Shown here piece after piece: positions 39,170-47,916 of a stretch of 64,000 nucleotides of DNA. Under the pieces are notes generated by a model, which was not told the origin of the DNA, ran no database searches, and saw nothing but the letters and a program-made list of their open reading frames with translations. The stretch spans positions 387,419-451,418 of the forward strand of contig JBAZXR010000001.1 of assembly GCA_041659765.1 (NCBI GenBank), given 5' to 3'. The position numbers and the translations under genes are program-made. The DNA is from Patescibacteria group bacterium. Lineage in GTDB: Bacteria > Patescibacteriota > Patescibacteriia > UBA9934. Numbering within the stretch: the stretch's first letter is position 1; each line of letters starts with the position of its first letter.

Positions 39170-39961
39170 TTAGTAGCTCGTCTCGCACTTGGCGAAATCG
39201 AGATCGCTAGTAGAATAGGTATCGTGTTCCCAGTTCTTCAGCACGGCTACGAGCTTTGAGACATCGTTTGATGTACACGTTCGCGTCACCTCAACGGAAC
39301 CCGCGATCATTGATTCGACATATCGTTGCATCATTTCTACTGCTGCGGCTCTCGCGATCTCCTGAGGAGTCTTCCCTGCGGCCACCTGCGCTTCATATGC
39401 ACCGCGCTCTTCAGGCGTCAGGGTATTCAGTTCTTCTTCTGTCAAAGGAAGTGCGCCGGCAATTTGCTCCTGAACGGCGTTAGGAACAACCCCGCTCGCA
39501 ACGAGTTTATCAAACCAGTCCGCGCCGAAAACAACTTTCATACCAGTCGTCTCTGTAGCGAACGTATACGACTTTCCGTCGCTCGACATACGGAAATCCA
39601 TCGTCGACGCATGCCACATGCTGACGCCAGGCATGAGCTGTCTGAGGCCTTCTCCCCAAAAGTGCGCATTTTTCTTTGCAGAAACTGCATTATAGAAACA
39701 CGGAACATTGTGGTCGCAATTCACCACATTGGGAACAGCGATCGGAGTAAGGAGGGGCACGGCTTTTTCCGGTTCGATTGCCGTCTCTTCTTTTTCAACT
39801 TCCGTTGCCTCCACCGGAGCTTCAGCTTCGACAGACACCTCAGCGACAGGCATCGAGACTTCAGTTTGAGCTTCAGAACGAGGCTGCAGAGCAAAGGCCA
39901 CCCCTCCCCCAATCAGGGAAAGCCCCAAAACCGCAAGCAGGATAGACAGTTTAGTATTCAT
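39170..39961 (-). CDS. secreted hypothetical protein
   Basis: Signal peptide and an E/A/V-rich linker, with no family recognised. Confidence 0.35.
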   Translation of the reverse strand: MNTKLSILLAVLGLSLIGGGVAFALQPRSEAQTEVSMPVAEVSVEAEAPVEATEVEKEETAIEPEKAVPLLTPIAVPNVVNCDHNVPCFYNAVSAKKNAHFWGEGLRQLMPGVSMWHASTMDFRMSSDGKSYTFATETTGMKVVFGADWFDKLVASGVVPNAVQEQIAGALPLTEEELNTLTPEERGAYEAQVAAGKTPQEIARAAAVEMMQRYVESMIAGSVEVTRTCTSNDVSKLVAVLKNWEHDTYSTSDLDFAKCETSY

Positions 39962-40089
39962 ATATGGAACCTATATTAGCGGAAAAATGAGGAAAAGTCA
40001 AGGAAAAACCGAAGGCGAAAACATTGACTTTCCTTGAAAATCTCGTTACAGTGCCCCGTTACGCATTTCCCGTTACCAGGAGTGACAAA

Positions 40090-40386
40090 ATGGCCACGAC
40101 CATCAAGAAACTCAAGCCCAAGGGCGGGTTCGAAATCAATGACAAGCGGTTCAAGATCCCGGTCCACGTCACGTCCACCTGCCCGCACTGCGGCAAAAGC
40201 GTGAAGAAGAAACTGGATGAAACCGATGGGGAGAGCTACCTCAGCTTCCCGAAGATAGGAGTGCCGATCGATCTCAACTTCTGGCATTACTTCGAGGGCA
40301 ACAAGCACGCCGAGGCCGACGACCACGAGTGGACCGTCAGGGTCATCCTGGATTTCACGCTCACACTCACACCGGAACAGAAGTGA
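40090..40386 (+). CDS. hypothetical CxxC protein
   Basis: The likely start is MATTIKKLKPKGG, and a TCPHCGK motif is present. The terminator hairpin at 40394-40418 follows. Confidence 0.3.
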   Translation: MATTIKKLKPKGGFEINDKRFKIPVHVTSTCPHCGKSVKKKLDETDGESYLSFPKIGVPIDLNFWHYFEGNKHAEADDHEWTVRVILDFTLTLTPEQK

Positions 40387-40416
40387 CTTATTGGACCGCT
40401 CGCAAGGGCGGTTTTT

Positions 40417-41457
40417 TTATTGGTACTGAATAAACGACGGCTGGGGTGTGAGTTTGAGAATCTCGGCCGGGGTCATCAGGCGGGAGCCGGCGTAGCGGGT
40501 GTCATTGCGATAAAATAACTTGAAGCCGGTAAATTGGACTGGATAGAGATGAATAAACGCATGGTACGTTGCCCGCTTCGCAGCCGGATAGCCCCAGCCG
40601 TCCATATCCATAACAAATTGTACTTCGGGTAGTGGTGTGATCTTATCCGAGTTTGTCACCATGGCTTTTGTGTAGCGATGAACGACGAGGACCTTAGGCG
40701 GGAGATTATTTTCTTTGACGAGTCCGGCCAAGTAGTCGGCAATAGCGTTGAGTTCTACAGCGTCGACGGTTCCTACGCGCGTGCCTGGCCGGCTGCCGGA
40801 TTTCTTCATGGCAAATTCTGGATCAATCGCCAGGTGCACGTTCGGCAAAGACAAGTATGGTTCGAGTTCTTTCACTTCGGTCATGACCTCAGACAACCCC
40901 GCTTGCACTTCAAGAATGACGATGCCGTCAACTTGATCAGCCATGGTAATTGCCTTTTGGATTTGCGAATCTGGCATGCGCCAGCGATATTTTCCGTCGG
41001 CACCAGGAGCTCGTTGCGCAGTGACGGCGATGTAGTCGATTGCTGGAACAACGGGCGTCGTTGGATCCGCTGTCTTCCAGGCTTCGACCTCGATCTTCAA
41101 ACGTCTGATCACTTCGTCAGTCGAATACTGACCAAGCACGCCCATCCCTTTTGAATAAAAATTGCCGTAGTACGCCACAATGCGATTGAATGGCAAGAGC
41201 GCATCAACATTCGGATACACCGCCTTGGCCGGCCACAACCCCGGCTCCTCGTCCTCTTTCAAATGTGCGAGCTCTCGAAGCTTCAAATTATACGCGGCCG
41301 TTCCTTCGGCGGTTAGCTCAGCCCCAACAACGCGTTCCGGTAATAAAAAAGACCAGATCATTACCAACGTAAACGCTGATACAAAAATCGCCCCGGACGC
41401 TTGTAGAACCCCTCTCTTCAGCATAGCCAAACGAGTATAACAAAATTTAAGCCTCAA
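40417..41457 (-). CDS. membrane-anchored putative TIM-barrel glycoside-hydrolase-like protein (DUF4015/GHL-like)
   Basis: N-terminal anchor; NVHLAIDPEF and VVHRYT motifs. This is a weak family call. Confidence 0.3.
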   Translation of the reverse strand: MRLKFCYTRLAMLKRGVLQASGAIFVSAFTLVMIWSFLLPERVVGAELTAEGTAAYNLKLRELAHLKEDEEPGLWPAKAVYPNVDALLPFNRIVAYYGNFYSKGMGVLGQYSTDEVIRRLKIEVEAWKTADPTTPVVPAIDYIAVTAQRAPGADGKYRWRMPDSQIQKAITMADQVDGIVILEVQAGLSEVMTEVKELEPYLSLPNVHLAIDPEFAMKKSGSRPGTRVGTVDAVELNAIADYLAGLVKENNLPPKVLVVHRYTKAMVTNSDKITPLPEVQFVMDMDGWGYPAAKRATYHAFIHLYPVQFTGFKLFYRNDTRYAGSRLMTPAEILKLTPQPSFIQYQ

Positions 41458-41507
41458 TGATGAAATAGTAGCTTTTGTTAAATATTGAGAGTACGCTTTC
41501 GCCTATT

Positions 41508-42761
41508 ATGATTTTCACCAAACACATCAAACTCCTGGCCCCAGCCGGCAGCTACGAATCTTTACAGGCAGCTATTAAAGCCGGTGCGCACGCTGTTTAC
41601 TTCGGCGTTACGCAGCTGAATATGCGGGCGGTGGCGGCAGCTAACTTTGATCTGAATGATTTAGCGGAAATCGCCCGTATTTGTCATGAAGCCGGCATCG
41701 AGGCCCATCTGACAATGAATACTATTCTTTATGAGCACGATCAAGTCCTCATGAAGAAAATCCTCGACGCGGCCAAAGCCAGCAACGTCGACGCCATCAT
41801 CGCTAATGATATCTCGGCCATACTATATGCCAGAAGCATTGGCTTGAATGTTCATATTTCAACCATGCAATCCATTTCAAATTATGATTCGGTAAAATAC
41901 TTTGCGCAGTTTGCGGATGTGATCGTGCTCGCTCGCGAAGTCACCATCCCAATGATGAAACGCATTCACGAGCAGATTGTCGAAAATGATTTGCGAGGCC
42001 CCAAAGGTGAAATCATCCAGCTTGAAGTCTTTGCCCACGGCGCGCTCTGTATTGCGGTCAGCGGACAGTGTTTTATGTCCCTTTATAATGACAACTCCAG
42101 CGCCTGCCGCGGGGCCTGCCGCCAAGAATGCCGACGCGAATATCAGATAATCGACAAAGAATCGGGTCACGAAATGACTTTGAGAAACAATTACGTCATG
42201 AGTCCAACCGACTTGTGTACTATTGATATCCTGGATCAATTGGTCGATGCCGGAGTCACAGTTTTGAAATTCGAGGGCCGGGGTCGTCCGCCAGAATATG
42301 TAGACACGGTCATATCAACCTACAAAGAAGCCTTACAAGCTGTCGAGGACGGAACATACGCCAAAGAAAAGTTCCCCGGCTGGCTCGCCAAGCTAGGCGA
42401 GGTCTACAACCGCAAATTCAGCACTGGCTATTATCTCGGTAGACAAGGCGGCTTCTGGACAGAGACCAGCAGCAATCAAGCCACCGAAGAACGCGTATTC
42501 GTGGGTAAAATTACAAAATATTTTGCTCAGCCTAAAGTAGCTGAGGTGATTCTTGAGGCAAGCGACTTAAAAATCGGAGAAAAAATAATCATCACCGGCA
42601 AAACTACCGGCCTAGTTCGCGCCACCGTTACGGAAATGCGCGATGAACAAACACAGCCAATTGAAACTGCCCACAAACAAATCATCACCCTACCGATTGA
42701 CTCAATCGTCCGCACGAATGACAAACTCTACAAACTCATTCCACGAGCTGATTTTGTTTAG
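41508..42761 (+). CDS. peptidase U32 family protein
   Basis: MIFTKHIKLLAPAGSYESLQAAIKAGAHAVYFG matches the U32 N-terminus, and a conserved Cys cluster (CRGACRQEC) is present. Confidence 0.75.
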   Translation: MIFTKHIKLLAPAGSYESLQAAIKAGAHAVYFGVTQLNMRAVAAANFDLNDLAEIARICHEAGIEAHLTMNTILYEHDQVLMKKILDAAKASNVDAIIANDISAILYARSIGLNVHISTMQSISNYDSVKYFAQFADVIVLAREVTIPMMKRIHEQIVENDLRGPKGEIIQLEVFAHGALCIAVSGQCFMSLYNDNSSACRGACRQECRREYQIIDKESGHEMTLRNNYVMSPTDLCTIDILDQLVDAGVTVLKFEGRGRPPEYVDTVISTYKEALQAVEDGTYAKEKFPGWLAKLGEVYNRKFSTGYYLGRQGGFWTETSSNQATEERVFVGKITKYFAQPKVAEVILEASDLKIGEKIIITGKTTGLVRATVTEMRDEQTQPIETAHKQIITLPIDSIVRTNDKLYKLIPRADFV

Positions 42762-42762
42762 T

Positions 42763-42999
42763 ATGAAATTCTTCACCATTACCCATGAGCGGGCCGACTG
42801 CATAGGCTGCGGCTCATGCGAATATGAAGCACCTCAAACCTGGGAGCTTGATCCAACCAATGGCCTATCAAGACTTAAAGGAGGAACAGAGAAGGGCAAA
42901 TACACTACCGTTGAAATAGACGAAATGGATCTGGCCGCCAATCAACGAGCCTGCGATAGCTGTCCGATGAGAATTATCTCCATCCAAGAAAAAAAGTAG
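42763..42999 (+). CDS. small 4Fe-4S ferredoxin-like protein
   Basis: MKFFTITHERADCIGCGSCEYEAP...CDSCP. The track ORF 42643.. is an upstream extension overlapping the U32 gene. Confidence 0.5.
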   Translation: MKFFTITHERADCIGCGSCEYEAPQTWELDPTNGLSRLKGGTEKGKYTTVEIDEMDLAANQRACDSCPMRIISIQEKK

Positions 43000-43003
43000 C
43001 TAC

Positions 43004-43036
43004 AAAAAACCCCAGCAAATCCGCTGGGGTTTTTTG
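43004..43036. terminator. bidirectional intrinsic terminator
   Basis: AAAAAACCCCAGC-aaatcc-GCTGGGGTTTTTT. Confidence 0.65.
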
Positions 43037-43053
43037 GTTCAATCCGCGATCAC

Positions 43054-43449
43054 TTAGTAAGTGGACAATGAAACGTTGATGGTGGTTTCGCCACCTACAG
43101 AGAAAATGCTGATGGGCATGGACTGATTGCCCTTCTCCCAAACTGCCGCGACGCTCTTCTCTTTTCGTTCTGCAGTGTTCTTCCAACCGGCTGCCGTTAA
43201 CTGTTCTGAGTACCAGGCATACACCACTTCCTTACTGTCCGAGGTAGTCATGTCTAATGAATCAGCTGAAGCGTCATCAACCTTACCGTTCGCGTATACC
43301 GGAATCGCCTTTGGAAAATCCGCTGGCAAAGAGATACCCTTATCAGCTACCGCTGAACTTCCCGACGTTGATGTGGAAGCACCTCCCGCGCAACCTGCGC
43401 CCAAAAGCACCATAGCCAAGGCTGGAGCAAGCAAAGCGAACTTTTTCAT
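43054..43449 (-). CDS. secreted lipoprotein, hypothetical
   Basis: MKKFALLAPALAMVLLGAGCAGG lipobox. Confidence 0.4.
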   Translation of the reverse strand: MKKFALLAPALAMVLLGAGCAGGASTSTSGSSAVADKGISLPADFPKAIPVYANGKVDDASADSLDMTTSDSKEVVYAWYSEQLTAAGWKNTAERKEKSVAAVWEKGNQSMPISIFSVGGETTINVSLSTY

Positions 43450-43531
43450 AGCAAGCGAATAATAGTCAGACTTCACCTAGAGTAGCGAAACCGGTCTGAA
43501 GATGCAAAACAAAAGTCCCCACCTCACTCTT

Positions 43532-43927
43532 CTATGCTTCAGTGGTCTTTCCATCGAAATGCTCCGTGTCCGCTTCTGCCTCGGCTTTGGTCTTATGAAT
43601 GACGCCGTCACGATGATGCGGTGGCATGTAGAGCGTATAGAGTTTCATGGCATCAGAGCCGCTATTGATAATATTGTGTCTGGCTCCGGCGGGAACAATA
43701 ATTACGCTCCCGTCAGTAATGTCATGTGCAACGCCGTCCAAGACCGCTTTGCCGGCCCCCTTCTCCACCCGCAAAAACTGATCAACATCATGCACCTCTT
43801 CGCCAATTTCTTCTGCTGGCAAAAGCGACATGAGGACGAGCTGGCTGTTCTTATCCGTGTACAACACTTTTCTAAAGTTATCATTCTCGAGCGACAACCT
43901 TTCAATATTTGCTACGTATCCTTGCAT
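43532..43927 (-). CDS. cupin-domain protein
   Basis: GEEVHDVDQFLRVEKGAGKAVLDG...IIVPAGARHNIIN is the cupin two-motif pattern. Confidence 0.65.
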   Translation of the reverse strand: MQGYVANIERLSLENDNFRKVLYTDKNSQLVLMSLLPAEEIGEEVHDVDQFLRVEKGAGKAVLDGVAHDITDGSVIIVPAGARHNIINSGSDAMKLYTLYMPPHHRDGVIHKTKAEAEADTEHFDGKTTEA

Positions 43928-43945
43928 AGATATCCGTTTACTATT

Positions 43946-44254
43946 TTATCTTTTAGATCGTTTATCAAGCACCCACTTCACCGATGGACTGACTGCCTTA
44001 TCCGTACGGTGAGGGCAGCCAATCCAGCAGCACGGTCGTCGCTTCCCCTCTTTCAGTTCGGTCACCGTTCTTTTGACGTGATCTTTTCTTGTCTCTTCCT
44101 GTTTGACAAAGGTCACCCAACAAATCCATTCGTTGCGCGCAAGGGGCGTAATATCTTCCCAAGCCGCTAGCGCCTTTTTGTCAGCCATGAGCGCCTTCCC
44201 GAGATCGGGCGGCATCAGATGAACCGTACCAACAGGTAGTGTGTCTTTTTTCAT
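43946..44254 (-). CDS. YdeI/OmpD-associated (OmdA) family protein
   Basis: ITPLARNEWICWV...KRRPCCWIGCPHR. Confidence 0.55.
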   Translation of the reverse strand: MKKDTLPVGTVHLMPPDLGKALMADKKALAAWEDITPLARNEWICWVTFVKQEETRKDHVKRTVTELKEGKRRPCCWIGCPHRTDKAVSPSVKWVLDKRSKR

Positions 44255-44396
44255 AGGCTTCCATGCGCCTCACCTCCCGCTACGACTCGATTACATCACG
44301 CTTAATACGGTAACAGCAATCATCATACAGCCGAGCGCCCCACCAGCCATAAAAAAGCCACGAAAATAGCTAGATCGCTAGTAATTTATTGACAAA

Positions 44397-45407
44397 ATGG
44401 CCCAGATCCGCTACAAATCCCTGTTGTTCTTTCAGAAAAATCAAGTAATTTTGGAGGTTCCATTGGAAACTGCAATCGTCAATCGTCCTGAGGTTACCGC
44501 CATTACCTCATTCCGCCGGACCGGCGTCCTGATGTTCGAGCTCGAGATGTTCCGTCCCAACGGCGAGAACATCATCGCGCAGACGCACGCGTTTGCCATC
44601 TTGCAGAAATACTTCGAGGCCTCAGCGACCGACCAGCAGGTAGTCACGTTGCCCGTCGCCTTGAAAAAGGCACGCATCGGCCCGCTGGAAATAGATGGCG
44701 GCTATCAGGGCTTTCCAGCGAAGCTCTTGGTTCCTACACAGGCCCTCGCCACTCCAATCGCGTCGGGCTGTCTCCTGCAGAAGGCTCAGGAGACGGTGAA
44801 CCATCCGATCGTGAAGGCTCTGTCTGGAGAGATGCCCTACCAGGGCGAGCGGTACGACATGCACATCACCGGCTCTGACCGGAAAGGTGTGCTCATCGTG
44901 CGCGCCTCCCAAATCAATCTTGGCGACATAGGTGCACAGAGGCCGACGGTGAGAATCTACGCCCTGGACCCAAAGTGGAAGGGCGAAGAACCCTATCTGC
45001 GCGTTACAGGTCCGCCCGGCGATACATTCGCGCGTTCCGGTGCTTGCACGCATTTGCGCGAGCAAGTGAAGCGCGCAGAACGGGTGGCTGCGGAGATCAC
45101 GGAAGCTTTCCGCACCATGACCCCGGAAAATCCACCCCAGTTGCCGGACGACGTGAAGCGCGACCTCGACCTCCTCGGCGAACACGCACTCGACAACTGG
45201 TGCGAGGGAGCCGTCAAAGGGGATGCAAACGCGGTTCGGCAGTTAGCGGGCAAAGCCTGCTCCATCAGAGTGAGAATCCTGATGCGAGAAAAAATCAGCA
45301 ACGGTTCAGACTTCACGTCTGGATTCCCACTGATCAGTCCCGGCATTTGTATCCTCCCTCTCAACATGGCGAAAACGCTACTCGAACTCTGCGACGCCAG
45401 CCGGTAG
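44397..45407 (+). CDS. hypothetical protein (GC-elevated block)
   Basis: 336 aa with no family recognised. GC is visibly higher (~60%) than the baseline. A terminator hairpin GCGCCCACTGTATACAGTGGGCGC+TTTT lies at 45423-45458. Confidence 0.3.
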   Translation: MAQIRYKSLLFFQKNQVILEVPLETAIVNRPEVTAITSFRRTGVLMFELEMFRPNGENIIAQTHAFAILQKYFEASATDQQVVTLPVALKKARIGPLEIDGGYQGFPAKLLVPTQALATPIASGCLLQKAQETVNHPIVKALSGEMPYQGERYDMHITGSDRKGVLIVRASQINLGDIGAQRPTVRIYALDPKWKGEEPYLRVTGPPGDTFARSGACTHLREQVKRAERVAAEITEAFRTMTPENPPQLPDDVKRDLDLLGEHALDNWCEGAVKGDANAVRQLAGKACSIRVRILMREKISNGSDFTSGFPLISPGICILPLNMAKTLLELCDASR

Positions 45408-45542
45408 ACGTCGACCTTCCGCCACGAGCGCCCACTGTATACAGTGGGCGCTTTTACATTCCCTAAAAAATAAGACCCCAGCATTACTGCTGAGGCCGTA
45501 GGGGTGGTCCCGACGCACCGCGAGGCGCGCCGAGATCAGTGG

Positions 45543-46523
45543 CTAGTAACGGATGTTGCGGATACTGACGCGCTGCACGCCTTCGTTCTGCAGAACGATA
45601 CCCGCCTCGGTGTTCATCAGCATCTCCGCTGGCAACAGGTAGCCCGAATGGCCTGGGGTGAGCAGGGAGTCGTGGAAGTCGGTCATGACCTTCTGGAGCC
45701 GGCCTTCGTAGTCGATGGCCAGGCCGGGCACCACTTCGGCGGTCTTGTGGTCGTGGTCGTACACGGTGGCCTGCGCCATCATCATGTCCAGAGCCACTTC
45801 ACCGCACTCGAATCGGACACGGCACCACTCCGGGTACACATGTTCCTTCAGACGACGGGTGCCGCGGAAACGGAAGGTGATCCCGTCATCGCGCCGGCCC
45901 ACCGCGTCGTAGTGATCGAACCCGTCCTGGAGTTTCCAGGCCTCGAAACTTTGAATGCCGAACAGGGCATTCATCAGATCGACCTCGTGGTTGATGTGGT
46001 CGAGCAGGAGGCTGCGGGTGTGCTTCCAGGCGTTCGACGGCGCGTGGTAGGAGAAATCGAAGTCGAAGCTGACCACCTTGCCAAACCGCTCTAGGAACCC
46101 GGGCTTGTCCGGCTGCGAACCCAAGCCGTCTTGCAACCAGCAGATCGGTCTATCGAACCGGCGCGGGTGGCAGGACGTGAGGATAAGCCGCTTCTTCTCA
46201 GCCAGGTCGAACGCGGCTTCCAGCTGAGCGAGATCCTGACCAGGGACCATGAGCGGCTTCTCGCAGAAGACGTGCTTCCCCGCCACGAGCGCGCTCTCGA
46301 TCTGCCCCAGATGGTACTCATCCGGAGAACAGATCATCACGGCGACGATCTCCTTGTCGGCCAGGAGCTCTGCGAGCGAGGCGTATTTCTTGTTGCTCTC
46401 GATCATCTCCATGGCCTTGGGATCCGGGTCCCAAACGCCGTGAGTGGTGAAGTCATCCAGGTAGTTCTTGGCATGATGTTCCGCGTGCGTACCGCAACCG
46501 ATAATTCCCATCAAACGTGACAT
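45543..46523 (-). CDS. Gfo/Idh/MocA-family NAD(P)-dependent oxidoreductase
   Basis: GIIGCGTHAEHH Rossmann N-terminus and the EKPL motif (FCEKPLMVPG). Confidence 0.75.
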   Translation of the reverse strand: MSRLMGIIGCGTHAEHHAKNYLDDFTTHGVWDPDPKAMEMIESNKKYASLAELLADKEIVAVMICSPDEYHLGQIESALVAGKHVFCEKPLMVPGQDLAQLEAAFDLAEKKRLILTSCHPRRFDRPICWLQDGLGSQPDKPGFLERFGKVVSFDFDFSYHAPSNAWKHTRSLLLDHINHEVDLMNALFGIQSFEAWKLQDGFDHYDAVGRRDDGITFRFRGTRRLKEHVYPEWCRVRFECGEVALDMMMAQATVYDHDHKTAEVVPGLAIDYEGRLQKVMTDFHDSLLTPGHSGYLLPAEMLMNTEAGIVLQNEGVQRVSIRNIRY

Positions 46524-46719
46524 TGTTGTAGCCCTCCGTAAAATTAATGCGGCCTAATGTTAGCAAAAAAATACAAAAAAGTCAAGCAAAAAAACAAAGA
46601 ACCGACACCATTGCTGATGTCAGTTCCATGTGGCTCCCTAGATTATCTTTTTACCGAACTGGGGAGTATCTACGCCGAAGTGAAGATCGGCATGGATAAG
46701 ATGCGAGCAAATTGTGAAT

Positions 46720-46962
46720 TTATCCGATTGCCATCCCAACAATTTGCAAAATAAAACCTAAAGCAAATAGTAAGAATGCAAAGATTCCCAATCGGCGATC
46801 TTTTAGATGTTTTTTCTGCGTATAGTTGCCGTCTACATCCATTTGCGTAATAAAGTCGTCATCGACATTCCTCTTGGTGATTAGGAACGGATATATAGCC
46901 ACAATTGATGCAACCGTATTAAAGATCAACCCCGAGATAATTACACCGTTACTTAATGTCAT
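46720..46962 (-). CDS. small two-TM membrane protein, third gene of the AT-rich island operon
   Basis: 80 aa, lying 5 nt downstream of the preceding gene. Confidence 0.35.
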   Translation of the reverse strand: MTLSNGVIISGLIFNTVASIVAIYPFLITKRNVDDDFITQMDVDGNYTQKKHLKDRRLGIFAFLLFALGFILQIVGMAIG

Positions 46963-46967
46963 ATCTG

Positions 46968-47915
46968 CTAAAATAAACGTTCTAATCTTTCGGGTATCAA
47001 TACTTCCTCAAGATCCCCACCATCATTCCGTTTGTAGAAAAACAATTTTGCCAAATTCAAATTTTGATCCTGCAATTTTACTGCATCTTCCTGTTCAAGG
47101 CGATCTCCAACAACGATCACTACCAATCTCTTTATACCAAATATTGCAAGCTTCTCTTTGAATCTAGCGAGAATAAACCTTAACGCTTCATAATTTTTTG
47201 AAGTGAAATATCGAATTTCGATTGCGGTGGGTTTACCAAGTTTCTTAGAATAGAGAAGACCGTCTAGAATAAGATCCTTTTTTCCTTCCATTGTCAGTTT
47301 AACTTGGGATTTATATTTTTCACCATATCTCTCAATAAGCCTCGTCTGAAGAATCGTCTCAATTCTCGAAGCTTTTTCATACCGATCAACATTCTTTTGA
47401 TCTAGAGTGGCAGCGTCTTGTTTGTTGCTTAGTGCATTAGCGGATGTTTTTGAAGAAACCTCAACTTTCTTAGTTTTTGGCTCTGTCTCGATCATTTCCT
47501 GAATTGTTTTTTTCTTTGCTTCAGCATCAGTGGCACTTGATTCGACTACGGCGGCATTTATTCCATCTGATCCCACGTGAGTCATTCTATTTTTAATGAA
47601 GTGATCTATGGCATCGTGATGTCGCCATAGGATGATGAGAGCAATGAAAAGTATTGAAGCAGACCAAGAGGTTAAAATTATTTTGAGATATTCGTCGATA
47701 ACAAATAAAATTGTCTCCACACCAAATTGAACTTTGAATAAAGCGACTATTAATGAGATCGTAAACGCCAAAAGCAAACCATAAGGAAGCGCTACCTTAC
47801 AAAGAAGGTAAAATACCTTCGCAATAATCGTTCCACAGCTTTTTAAAAAGCCGAGGGTGTAATACCAAATCTTTCTAAAAATATTTTTCGTAAAAAGCAA
47901 GAGTCGTTTGACCAT
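46968..47915 (-). CDS. membrane-anchored protein (3-4 N-terminal TM helices plus ~170-aa C-terminal soluble domain), partner of the GHKL ATPase
   Basis: Its start codon lies 1 nt after the stop of the upstream 660-aa gene. The C-terminal domain has a D-x12-E-I-R segment (LILDGLLYSKKLGKPTAIEIRYF) that could be a degenerate PD-(D/E)xK-like core. Confidence 0.45.
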   Translation of the reverse strand: MVKRLLLFTKNIFRKIWYYTLGFLKSCGTIIAKVFYLLCKVALPYGLLLAFTISLIVALFKVQFGVETILFVIDEYLKIILTSWSASILFIALIILWRHHDAIDHFIKNRMTHVGSDGINAAVVESSATDAEAKKKTIQEMIETEPKTKKVEVSSKTSANALSNKQDAATLDQKNVDRYEKASRIETILQTRLIERYGEKYKSQVKLTMEGKKDLILDGLLYSKKLGKPTAIEIRYFTSKNYEALRFILARFKEKLAIFGIKRLVVIVVGDRLEQEDAVKLQDQNLNLAKLFFYKRNDGGDLEEVLIPERLERLF

Positions 47916-47916
47916 A

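Noticed and set aside
46557-46754. 65-aa Lys-rich plus-strand ORF at the left border of the AT-rich island
   Set aside because: AT-rich low-complexity sequence, overlapped by the minus-strand 80-aa gene terminus. It is treated as intergenic or border sequence.
46500-46800. Direct repeat of the tRNA-Asn 3' end marking the distal att site
   Set aside because: Only a 6-7 nt match (TGGCTCC versus TGGCTCG) was seen, which is insufficient to call.
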